From Epithemia pelagica (lineage: Eukaryota > Protista > Bacillariophyta): DNA of 64,000 nucleotides. The stretch is from assembly GCA_946965045.2 (NCBI GenBank), contig OX337234.1:558001-622000 (forward strand), written 5' to 3'. The notes below the pieces were generated by a model, which saw only the letters and a list, made by a program, of their open reading frames with translations, was not told where the DNA came from and searched no databases. This document shows, in pieces, positions 20,301 to 29,771 of this stretch. A program made the translations under genes and the position numbers. Every line of letters starts with the position of its first letter. Position 1 is the first letter of the stretch.

Positions 20301-20343
20301 ATCCATTGCGAAAAATGCTAAACGACGGCAGGTGCGCCGCTAA
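17329..20343 (+). CDS. Pentatricopeptide-repeat protein (copy 3, intact), probably mitochondrion-targeted
   Basis: Uninterrupted 1004-aa ORF with ~17 P-like repeats, about 84% identical to copy 2 over the repeat tract (hand count). The N-terminus is rich in R/S/L and nearly devoid of acidic residues up to RFMST, like a mitochondrial presequence. Confidence 0.92.
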   Translation: MVNTFNVVSKYLLFRPLGRITRVTYRPQRTVQHVRRKSSLLGNPTQPWFSLITPHFHEREAIRFMSTNDEQGVGGKVGVSKDSSFVNSWISTKDRLIFMEPGTFESQNWMEAQELLKALRTNPKLSDDAVPKRVEYMFDVLDRLADEMEWIKQNCSDKKPELKTNLLNHTLDLWLDHIKVRAGTESVTNLLHAKKHRARGGQWNLGHLSVSLGTKSILSNVNRYFHVGLFKPNTIPYSIILRAMNKLDDPKYAPYEADKIYNLLIEKSKGNPNDMSFHPNGCIVNDMVEIWAQSWLPGSIDRIEDYLISLKGWYKQTNRHDQRPEPNIYCAVMEAHSRMNESRAALKRIQQLFDEMKQTCSTEELDVRTYTRVCHALVECKSQESVLAAHTILNDMCDAVTQKSNATPMPNSYMFNTLITAYGQLGNPDKAEKLFNEMKQLAYETGADSLRPTAINYSALLWAFAKVGDSLRSEVVANNIFEEMEIGNISFAELEETAVWDGVLVAWARSGHADAAVYISKWIQRLIKYGEENHVPEMVTTSTLNKLLECYSLMGTIEGAQSTEALIKWMKNQDTAALKPNGDSYYCQILAWCKAGKPDQAEIALRSFCTRVREQSLDVSAIDHRYFNIVIDAWSLSQDSRQAEKAMGVFNLMESLNIKPNAVNYNTLILALSRTKLSDKCEIVLNLFEKMKKQARDGDEFAKPTKRTYNAVIWSLGWSSESIKLEQAEELLRKCEQDEVQRDCLMYNALMSGWMRHVRPDKVEALFQEMKDGYNSGNEALKPTAATHIVRLQSWSKAGNPEKTSEALNDWIASAEAEPFHDMPDTRDFSAVLTAWLRSNRSDAAEKADRGLQQMMDLASTGRFQCFPDRHSFTAVISAYAKSKSKEAGKRALRLLEELKSLFREKNDRALDPNLLLYVEVLVACLSSMQTQDGEEAIRNLFRELLSKEASFWQEADMDVVPRWLRRLRRAFKSSRFKYDELLELDLERIESIAKNAKRRQVRR

Positions 20344-20695
20344 TGGATGGATAGATTGCTTTCAGTCATTGTCTCTATACTTGAAGAAAGTTGGTTTGTT
20401 GTGTCTGCACTGTCATGTGTTTCATTCCATCCCTTTCAAGCAAAGCTGGTCACGGAAAAGTGTCTTCATTTGTCTTTTCCGGTTGTCCTTTTCAAGAGCG
20501 GCTTCGTCTTCGGACTTGGGATTTTATAGTTTGCCTCAGGAGAATTGTGGCAAGTGGCAACAGTGATAGGAGTAAAAAGGAAGGGAGAATGGATGGACTA
20601 CCTACTCTCATATGGCTACGAGTATCGATATGGATATACAGAGTTCCCAACCACATAAGACATAGGAGTAAGTACTTATCTACTAGCAGTGTGAA

Positions 20696-20887
20696 TTGTC
20701 TCAAGTCTTGGTTGAAGTGCATGCCTTCAAGAAAACGATCGAACCGGAGCATGAGAAATTTTTCCAAGGCATGCATGAGCAAGGATATGTCATGTTTCAC
20801 AGAGAACCGAACATTCATTGGTGGACGGCTGGTTCGGCCATTGAATTAAGCTTTTTGCAATTGAGACACGACTTTTTTGTCCCATAA
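20696..20887 (+). pseudogene. C-terminal fragment of a Methyltransf_22-like methyltransferase
   Basis: QVLVEVH...FFQGMHEQGYVMFHREPNI...IELSFLQL..DFF resembles the C-terminus of this family. It begins at the same gtgtgaattgt breakpoint at which the N-terminal remnant follows PPR copy 1. Confidence 0.6.
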
Positions 20888-21912
20888 AAGACAAGAATAC
20901 TAACTCTGTTAACGAGGCCAACAGATTATAAACATGAGATCGATAAATTCTCCAAAAAAAAGAGCATACGAGGATGCTCATAGACAGGTCCTGTGACTCC
21001 GTGTTATGTGTCCCGGGGTCCCGGGGCCACTGTAACTTTTTGGTCATTGGTCATGGACGTGCTGTCTGCTGTTGTGTGTATATTGTATTGCCCTGGGCCG
21101 AGCCGGGCTGCCTCTCTCCACTTCAAGCAATTGGCATATGTCCGCGCCAGACAGACGAGGTTTTTCGGCGCGACGGGCGAGGAGTGACAACAGAGTTGAG
21201 ATTGCGTTTTTGTGCCCTAACGATCAACGACGATGATAAAAGGTGTTTCGATTCGCTGGCATTGTCCTCATTCCACCACCATGTGGATGCCTGGCAGTTC
21301 CTCGCGAGCCAACAAACGGACGGTTGTGTATCCTCCTGATGCTCCATGGTGGTAATAGCTGGTTGGCGTTTCGCCCTCCCCTGGAAAAAGTCTGACCTTT
21401 GCAGTTGACACTGTATTGGAACACACAGCGCGATCCTCCAAGGCATTGACGATGGACATGAACCCACATACCACACACGATCCCCACCAGCGAAACGCCA
21501 CGAACAATGATGGCATGCGACAGATAGTTGTCCACACAACAAGAAGTGGAGTGAGTCTACAAAAGAGGTAGCAAGGCATTTTTTACAGTCGGCTCGACAA
21601 TATCTATATAATATGGTATATATATCTCTCTCTCTTTGGATGGAATCCATGGCTTCTCCTGATCTGTGTGTGTGTATGGGGTTATGAAATGACTGGATGA
21701 TACGGCAGGCATCCGTTCTGCCCCCATCGAACGAGAGAGACAGCGTGACTTGAGGAGGAAGAAGAGCTACGTGACACACCAAAAGGATTCAATCCTTTGG
21801 AAGTCTTGGTCTCGAGACTCTTTCCACAAAAGTCCATCTCTCACGTTTCGCATGGTAGTGGTGTTGTTGTGACAGGGGTCCGAATGGCATGGAACGTGCG
21901 TGTTATCTCCTA

Positions 21913-24900
21913 TTAGGAAGATTCCTGGAAGGGTGTTTCGCGAGATTCTGGAAAGAGCCCAGTCATTCGATCCATGGAATGCTCCTCTTGTTGTGGATGT
22001 TGCTGCGGTGCGAATACGGAGGAGTAGGATGCATGTGGAGGAGGAAGAGAGATGGGAGAGTTTCGATACAATGGATAGCAAGGTTGATGATACGGGGTCC
22101 TGGAGCCGGACATCATGGATGTTGTTGTTGTTCGATCGACCACTGGAACTGGAGCCGATTCACTCGGTGCCCTTGCAGTGGTGGATCTTGTGGAACCACG
22201 GCGTTCTTCTGGCCAGTCCCATGGTCCTGCTGCGGTTAGAGCCGGGGGCCGAGTGGCGACGGGTTGCGAGGTATCCGAGACATCGGGTTGATGCCATTCG
22301 CCACTACCACCACTAATAATCTTGGTACTGGAAGGATTGGCACCACCAAGATTGGTATGCCAGAGAACGACGCGAGGCGAAGGACCCATTGGATGGGACT
22401 GGGCATGGCTGCCATTGCAAAGAGATTTGGCTGGATCCTGATCCTGATGAGGACGATGTCGCTTGTGTTGGGGCGAGGATTGGAGTCCTTGCTTTTTGCG
22501 ACTGCGGGTACGACTCTTGCTAGTGTTGTGGTTCGTGGCGGCTGCATGCTGTTGTTGTTGCTGCTTTTTGAGTTTGGGAGGCTCGCTGCGAATGGGTGGG
22601 GGCGGTCCCGACCTTCCACAATAGCGCCACAACAACGATTGGCGTTGTCGGGCATTCAAGTACAAGTCTCGTCGTTCCTTGCAGCGGACCGGTTGCCGCA
22701 ATCGTTCATACTCCTCCAAATCCATTCGAGCAGGAGCCGGGCAATAGCCCCATCCCAAGGCCAGGGGGACAAGACAGGGCGAACGACGTCCCTCCTTGCC
22801 GTGGTCATCCTCGACCAGTAAGAGGCGTTCGTATTCACGAATTTGAACGCCGCCATCAAATCTGACGCGGGGCCGAGGTGTCTCGAGTAGGAGCGATTCC
22901 AAGGGAAGCAGATCTTGAAAGGAGGAGTGGTTGCCATCGTCTTCTTCTTCTTGCTCTTCTTGATGGTTGGAGCCGTCTGGTTGGTTCGAACACAAGGTCA
23001 TTTCTTCCATGATGGTGGGAGAGGGAGATTGGGAACAAATGGAGGACGTTGAGGGAGTATTGGTCCGCGGAGCAAGAGTCTTGCTCTTGCAAGAGCTGCT
23101 GGTTTTGAGAATGCCCTTTGGCGCAACTAATTGTCCTGATGTGCAGGATGCCTCACGGAATGGCAAGGGTTGTCGTCCCAATAAACCCGTGAGTTCTTCA
23201 TCTTCTTCGTCATCCTCAGTGTCGTAGTCGCTCTGTTTCTTGAGATGCGATGATGGGAGGACGGAGTAATTCTTTTGTTGGTCAACGTGCCAGGGCCGGG
23301 TCATTCGTTCTTCTAGTGGCTGTCTCTTGCTTTTGCCCTGTGCCCAACAAAAGGATGCTTGTTTCGAAGACACCAACAACTGGGTTCGGGTAGCAATGCG
23401 GTGACTCTTGGGGTCTGCTTCTTGTTTTTCTTGGAGTAGTGGAGGTGCTGGAATGGCAAAGGCCGTTGGACTGGGACCATATCGTTGGAAGAACCACGGG
23501 TCTCGGTTGTTGCTGCTGCTACTTGCAGTGCTGGTGGGCAAGGGCGAAAACAAGGTGGGCCGTTGTAGATGCGCCGTGGTGATGGACGGTCGTGTGGCTC
23601 GGGGTGCGAGAACACCACCACCATGACTACTACTGCCGAGACCAGGATGGCGAATCGGAGAAGTGGGCGAGGCGGCAAACGTCCCACCACCACCACCACA
23701 ACACATGGGTGGTACCACGACATCTTGGTCCGTTGTGCGTGTACGCAGTTGCGGGGAGGAGCATGGAGCAAAGGACGATGGAATGCGACTCGGGGAATCT
23801 TCTTCCTCCTCCTCCTTTTTCCGAGTGTCTGGGTCTCCACTGGCAGCCGTACTGGGAGTTCTTGTTGGTGCGGTACTTTCGTGACATCGTTGGGGCAACT
23901 TGGGAGGGGCCATGAGATTATTCGTATGCGTGTGCGTGGTGATCATCATCATTTGTTCCACCGTGGGAGAAGGAGACCATCGATCCGGTGTCGCGGGACG
24001 CCGCATGGCAGTCGTCGTCGTCGTCGTCGTTGAGAACGTCTGGTTGCTGTTGTGGCTGTGACTCACGGACAAGGACGACGACGGTGTCACGGAAGGAACG
24101 GGTCGAAACCATGGACTCCAATCTTCCTCCTCCTCCTCCTCAATGCTTGTTTCACTACTGGGATCTTGGTCGTCGGCCTCAGTTTCTTGTCGTGGTAGTG
24201 GCTTGGTCGAACGGGCGCTCCCACCACCCAGCGTGGGGGTGGTGAGGATTCGGGAAGCAGCAGTCGTTGTTGTCGTCATGGCAGTAGTGGTTGTGGTGCT
24301 GGAATACCGAGGAGGAGGAGGACCACCCTGATGGTGATCGCCGGTGGGAACTGCGACCAACGTCCGTGAACTCCCACCACCCAATTGAAACAATCGTTGG
24401 AGCAAGGAAGGTCTTCGTTTCAAGAGAGGTGGTGGTGGCAGTGGAGGAGGGGTGACCAAGCCATTTTCGTGGTCCAGTTTCTCCTTCTTGTTGTGGTTGT
24501 CCTTGTGGTCGTTAACGTCGGGATGCTGCTCCGGGGGCAGCTCCAGAGGTTTCTTGAGGCTCTCACGGGTTGTCGCGCTTGGGCTCATGGTTGTGGTGCT
24601 ATTGGTAGTAGTGCTGCTGCTCCACAAGTTGCGAAGCGATGGTACACGACACGGACGACGCATGGCCCCCATGCCTCGCAGTGGCGGGGCAGGATGGTGA
24701 TGGTGCTGCTGCTGCGGAGGAGGAGGAGGACTAGTATTCTTGTGACGGCCATTCGAATCCTGACTGGTACTTCGGGGCGGTGTTTCCAGGACTGTTCCAC
24801 CGACGGCTGCTGTTGCTACCATGGATTCTTGTACGGGTGGTGCAGGAGGAGGGGTCTGCGACACGACCCTCCACTCACCGTGCTGCTTTTTTGGATGGAA

Positions 24901-26079
24901 TGTGGCAGTATGAGTCTCGGGCCGTTGCCGCATTTGACTGGTCCTTGTAGAAGGCGGTACGGCCGGACCACCACCGCCAATAGGTTGTGGCCCATGGGAA
25001 CCACCACCAACGACGACTGGAGGAAGCACCATTGCGGAACCCTGGACTGGGGCGAACGTCGGGTGTTGGTTCGGCAAGGACAACTCATGTTCTGGTAGTA
25101 GTGGTGGTGGTGGTGACACCACCATGACCAAACCTCCTGGTGCGGGTTCCTGTGGTTGTTGTGCCTGCTGTGGTTGTGGTTTGCCAAACCATCGTTGCAA
25201 CAAGGAATATTTGCGTTCCAAGGGTGGTGGTGGAGCCACTTCTTCTTCTTCTTGTTCGTCTTGTGGTACGTCCATACGGGTTGCTCCTCTTGCTTCCATG
25301 ACTTGATGCATGCATGGTGATGGTGAAGATGCCACAGTGTGAGGGTTTGACTGGTCTCGGTGGTGTGGGGATGGTCCTTCGTACTGCGGCTGCGGTTCCG
25401 TTTCATTACCATTCTTATGAGTACTAGCCGAAACGAGGAACTTGTCGTGACCGATGGGCAGGAATTTGTCTGTTTCTGAAGCGTCGTGTGCTTGCCGTGT
25501 TGTTGTTGTTGTTATGGGAGCTCCTTGCCCTTGGTTCTCCAAACAAGAGTGTCGCTCCTCGCCGCTGTTTCCACCACCTCCCAGACTGCGACTGCTGTTG
25601 CTACAGAGCGATGTGAGTTTGGCCACGAGTTGCAATCGTTCCCGTTCTTCGTCCTCGTCATTACGGTCCTTGTGTGGGTGATCTTCTTTTTGTTGGGATT
25701 GTGATTGGGACAGCGTTGGAAGTGCGTGAAACGGGAGGGACTGGGTATATCGCAAGGGCGGTGGTGGCGCTGCTGCTGGCAGTATCCCGTTGGTGCAGTC
25801 GGACAGGGGATCCTTGGGCGTGGCTGTTCCTGCTGCAGTGGGTGTACGAATGGTGGTTAGACTTCGACTCTTTTGCAACAAGGGCGGTCGTGGTGCTGGC
25901 ACGGTCCTCTTGTGACTGTGATTATGGTGGTGCCACGGTACTCGTATGCGGCGTCGCAGCGTTGCTGGAGTGGTGGTGGGATGGAACCAATGACTCGACC
26001 TTTCTCGCAAATCCTGAGGCCTCCCGGAAGGAGTGGAGCAGGACGAAGAGGAAGAGGACGACATGAGGGACATGGTCAT
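21913..26079 (-). CDS. Large intrinsically disordered protein with a small conserved-looking domain (RVRF...IREYER...PLALGW.Y...DLEEYE..R); candidate PP1-interacting protein
   Basis: 1388-aa ATG ORF rich in P/S/T/Q/E, with a compact non-repetitive block at ~22620-22870, GILK at ~23105-23116 and RVRF at ~22858-22869. Confidence 0.7.
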   Translation of the reverse strand: MTMSLMSSSSSSSCSTPSGRPQDLRERSSHWFHPTTTPATLRRRIRVPWHHHNHSHKRTVPAPRPPLLQKSRSLTTIRTPTAAGTATPKDPLSDCTNGILPAAAPPPPLRYTQSLPFHALPTLSQSQSQQKEDHPHKDRNDEDEERERLQLVAKLTSLCSNSSRSLGGGGNSGEERHSCLENQGQGAPITTTTTRQAHDASETDKFLPIGHDKFLVSASTHKNGNETEPQPQYEGPSPHHRDQSNPHTVASSPSPCMHQVMEARGATRMDVPQDEQEEEEVAPPPPLERKYSLLQRWFGKPQPQQAQQPQEPAPGGLVMVVSPPPPLLPEHELSLPNQHPTFAPVQGSAMVLPPVVVGGGSHGPQPIGGGGPAVPPSTRTSQMRQRPETHTATFHPKKQHGEWRVVSQTPPPAPPVQESMVATAAVGGTVLETPPRSTSQDSNGRHKNTSPPPPPQQQHHHHPAPPLRGMGAMRRPCRVPSLRNLWSSSTTTNSTTTMSPSATTRESLKKPLELPPEQHPDVNDHKDNHNKKEKLDHENGLVTPPPLPPPPLLKRRPSLLQRLFQLGGGSSRTLVAVPTGDHHQGGPPPPRYSSTTTTTAMTTTTTAASRILTTPTLGGGSARSTKPLPRQETEADDQDPSSETSIEEEEEEDWSPWFRPVPSVTPSSSLSVSHSHNSNQTFSTTTTTTTAMRRPATPDRWSPSPTVEQMMMITTHTHTNNLMAPPKLPQRCHESTAPTRTPSTAASGDPDTRKKEEEEEDSPSRIPSSFAPCSSPQLRTRTTDQDVVVPPMCCGGGGGTFAASPTSPIRHPGLGSSSHGGGVLAPRATRPSITTAHLQRPTLFSPLPTSTASSSSNNRDPWFFQRYGPSPTAFAIPAPPLLQEKQEADPKSHRIATRTQLLVSSKQASFCWAQGKSKRQPLEERMTRPWHVDQQKNYSVLPSSHLKKQSDYDTEDDEEDEELTGLLGRQPLPFREASCTSGQLVAPKGILKTSSSCKSKTLAPRTNTPSTSSICSQSPSPTIMEEMTLCSNQPDGSNHQEEQEEEDDGNHSSFQDLLPLESLLLETPRPRVRFDGGVQIREYERLLLVEDDHGKEGRRSPCLVPLALGWGYCPAPARMDLEEYERLRQPVRCKERRDLYLNARQRQSLLWRYCGRSGPPPPIRSEPPKLKKQQQQQHAAATNHNTSKSRTRSRKKQGLQSSPQHKRHRPHQDQDPAKSLCNGSHAQSHPMGPSPRVVLWHTNLGGANPSSTKIISGGSGEWHQPDVSDTSQPVATRPPALTAAGPWDWPEERRGSTRSTTARAPSESAPVPVVDRTTTTSMMSGSRTPYHQPCYPLYRNSPISLPPPHASYSSVFAPQQHPQQEEHSMDRMTGLFPESRETPFQESS

Positions 26080-27167
26080 GGAAGGTAAAGGCTCGAACCA
26101 AGGGCTTGTATTCGCAATAGAAGAGGGGACAACCTGTTGCTGTCAACGACGTTTTGCAACAATCCAACTCGTGCCTTTTCGCTCTTTCTCGTTGGACTTT
26201 GGGGAGGGGAACACACTTGCACGTTCCGTGTTTCGGCTGTTCACTCCACACCAAGGATCAGTACCACCACAACAACCACAACAGGTGAAGGATGCGAGTG
26301 TGAGTGGACTGTTTTTTGTGAGGAGTGATGGTGATGATGATGGAGAGAGACTTGAGCTAGTCTTGGAATGAGGAAAGGCAGTCCCGCCGTCCCTTCCGTG
26401 TCGTTGTGTGTGTGTATGTTGGGGGGCAACCATCCACCATAGAACTCAGTGAGAAGAAGGAGGAGGAGGCGGCATTCTTGTGGTGGAACCACATCATGAT
26501 GGACGACGGCAACTTTTGTGAGAGAGACAAAGCGCCTCCTCCACTTGAACAAAGAAAACGCGAATGGGAGCGGGAACACGAAAAAACCCAGGCGGGTCAG
26601 TTGGTTTTTTATTGTTGAAACTTTTCGAGATCGTTGATTCTCAACCGATGGGAATGTGTGAATGAGAACAGGAGACATTCCATATTCAGACACGTCATGC
26701 AGGTCATTCCCCCTCTTGTATTGTCAATAGCGACGACTCATGAGGCGCGTGATTCGGCTAGCGTGTCTATGTGTATGATAACAGCGGCTGCAAAGAGTAG
26801 ACTCCACTCTCCATGTCTAAGTAAGAGATTGTGGCAATGGAGTTGGAGTAGAAGTAGGAAACGGGGATACTCAAAGCTCAATCATCTTGCGGTTTTCACT
26901 ATACACTGGGATGTGTATTCATGAAATTTCATTCTCATCTTACGACTACTACTAAAGGGGTCGAGATACTACATCCGACAGTGGCCGTTCTCAATCTCCA
27001 TGGACTGGCCTATTTTGTGTCTTGTTCTGTCTGTTTTGGCTTTGGTATCTCTCCTGTTTTCTTCTTGTCATGTAAAATAGTTTCTGTTTTGTGTATCACG
27101 CAGAGATCCTGGTTCCTCCTCTCGTCCCACATCAACTCCATCATCCACCTGCTCCAGGTAGAGGTAC

Positions 27168-27470
27168 TTAGCGCTTGTACGACTTCATCATGCTCTTCAT
27201 CGATTTGCTCTTCATGTATTTTGACTTCTTCTTTTTGGTCATCTTGCTGCCTTTTTTGGACATATTGCCATAGCCGTGAAGGAGACGCTCGGCGTCTTGC
27301 TCACCATCGTAGCCTTCGTTGCGAGGTTCTTCGTCGTCCTCCTCCTCCTCGATTTCTTCAGTCGTCGTGCGCAAGTAGTAGGTTCCGTCGTCCCAAACCG
27401 CCATGGTGCTGCGAACCATGGTGGAGGCCAAAAGGAGGGACCAGGAAAGAAACAAGGAGGCAAACTTCAT
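27168..27470 (-). CDS. Small secreted silaffin-like precursor (signal peptide, acidic pro-region, RXL site, K/S/M-rich KxxK peptide)
   Basis: MKFASLFLSWSLLLASTMVRSTMA | acidic EEIEEEEDDEE...EQDAE | RLL | HGYGNMSKKGSKMTKKKKSKYMKSKSMKSMMKSYKR. Confidence 0.7.
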   Translation of the reverse strand: MKFASLFLSWSLLLASTMVRSTMAVWDDGTYYLRTTTEEIEEEEDDEEPRNEGYDGEQDAERLLHGYGNMSKKGSKMTKKKKSKYMKSKSMKSMMKSYKR

Positions 27471-27725
27471 ACTGTCTATTAATGCTTGCTGTCAAGTAGT
27501 AGTAAGGAGATATCGTCCAAAAACGTTGGGATTCAAGAGTTGTTGTTTCTGATTGCGGATGAACCAATTTTGTGTGTCCTCCAAATTTGTTGTTGGATCG
27601 TTGTGGCTGGTTTTGGATGTGAGCAAGATGCTAGTGTTTCACAAAACAAGACACCATCGCTCATAGAGTGTATGGATCAAATCGCCACATGTGCTATCTA
27701 CGGAGATCTACAGGTGTCATCCATT

Positions 27726-27925
27726 NNNNNNNNNNNNNNNNNNNNNNNNNNNNNNNNNNNNNNNNNNNNNNNNNNNNNNNNNNNNNNNNNNNNNNNNNNN
27801 NNNNNNNNNNNNNNNNNNNNNNNNNNNNNNNNNNNNNNNNNNNNNNNNNNNNNNNNNNNNNNNNNNNNNNNNNNNNNNNNNNNNNNNNNNNNNNNNNNNN
27901 NNNNNNNNNNNNNNNNNNNNNNNNN
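27726..27925. other. Assembly gap (200 N)
   Basis: Run of exactly 200 N, consistent with an arbitrary-length scaffold join. True adjacency across the gap is not guaranteed. Confidence 0.97.
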
Positions 27926-28699
27926 GAGAGCATGAGAAAAGAGACGTGGTTCCCGCCAAGAGGGACAAGAATACGTAGAAGAAGAATGAGGTCAGGTCTT
28001 CTTGTGGTGCTATCAAACCTAATACTCTGTGGTGTGATTGCATTTTGCCGTAGTGTAGGCCCAGGGACCCAGAGGCATCTATCTCATATTCCGTGTCTCA
28101 TTCATAGAGGGCTCTCATGGCAAAACATAAAAAATAGATAGGAGTCGGACGCATGACCAAGGGCATGTCTCATATTATCATGGATGAAAGCGAAGTGAAA
28201 GAACAGTGCGTCTAGAATTGAACGAAGAAGAACGCTGTGTTCTGTGCTCTCTACTAGGGGTACTATGATATGCTATGGCCACTTGCTCTATTCGGACGAG
28301 CACTCTTGTAGCTCCAAGAGTAGAGCGGAAATGAATCAAACTAACTATTGAAAATTGAAAACGAGTCCTTTCTTTGCAACGAGAAGACGACAAAGAACTT
28401 GGTAGGTTGGTGTCGTCTTTTCTATGATGTGGTTCGCATGTTGTGTAATCCTTTACGAGTAGTATGTCATCTACCATCCATCTCCCATCGAATTACACGC
28501 ATTCACGACTTCTAAGATTGCATTCAGGATTCAGGCACTATTATTTGTCCCCCTCGAATATTCTTGTAGACATTACGAATACGCAGGGCCTGTTTTCCCA
28601 ACGAGAGCAAAAGGGCCGGCTCCTAGAGGGCTTATAAAGAAAGTTTTCATCTTTCCAATACGAGTAGGGGGTGGTCTCGCATTTTTATCTATTGTCCCC

Positions 28700-29385
28700 A
28701 CTCACATTTTCGAAGGATTCACACAAACTGTTTCCGTAAGTTGACTACCATGTTGGCCTACAGTTAACTTTTTCATAAAGGCATCATCATTCACAATTCC
28801 CCGCCCAGCTAAAGTTTCCCTTTCCCGATGTCGCCTGGACACAAAAGAAGCCTCAACCCGACGGCTATGTTCCGATAGGTTCAAAATTCACTGAATGTTT
28901 GAACCCGTTCACAAAGGAGGCACAACGCTCTTCTCGACGATTCAGAGACTTTGCGGGACTACCAAAACCTTCACGCTGTGACGACCGACCGAGGACAGCA
29001 AGTCTTCCTTCCAATTTGACAAAACAATCTTCCAAGGCATCGGAAATACTAAAATGCAACTTGATCAACTCCATTTGCTCATACGCCGCCACTCGTCATA
29101 CCCGAAAGCGACGCTTGATGTCGTTGGTGCACGGATTTGAAAGCAACTAAGAGCTATTTGCCCTGCTCACATTTTCGAAGGATTCACACAAACTGTTTAG
29201 TTGATGATGGCCGTGTTGGCCTACTGTTACCTTTTTGTAGGCATCATCATTCACAATTCCCCGACCAGCAAAAGCTTCCCATTCTCGAGGTCTCCTGGAC
29301 ACACAAGAAGCCTCAACCTGACTGCTATGTTCCGATAGGTTCAAAATTCACTGAATGTTTGAACCCGTTCACAAAGGAGGCCATG
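28700..29385 (-). repeat. Degenerate tandem duplicates of the lipase last exon and 3' region
   Basis: 28900-29130 repeats 29955-30190 (AAYE.MELIKLHFSISDALEDC..KLEGRLA), and 28700-28925 repeats 29165-29385. Confidence 0.8.
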
Positions 29386-29771
29386 TCGCCAGTCGGTTTG
29401 CACGCCGGTCGACTGTGCCTTTCATGCATGCACACATTGTCACTCAAGCTTTCTTTCACTTCTGATATGTCCGAAGAGGAGAGTACAAGCTTGACAAGAC
29501 GAAGACAAACTCAGGGAGCGTAGTCTACCTAAACATTCTTTATGTAGTCAAACAGAACCCCATTGTTCTCGTTGTGCCCCACGCAGGTCTCAAACCGCTT
29601 ACAGCATAATGAATCCGTCCCCCATTCAAAGTCTCGTGAATTCAACAAGAGGATGAGAGCAAGGTGGCAACAAGCTGTCAAATGATTGATTCCAGAATGA
29701 AGGAATTGAGACATAGTGCGCTCGAATTCCTCTGCCCATCACCTTCTGTGACAAAGGTGTCTGGCTCCGCA

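Noticed and set aside
27486-28141. ORFs containing X runs
   Set aside because: Artefacts of translating through the N gap.
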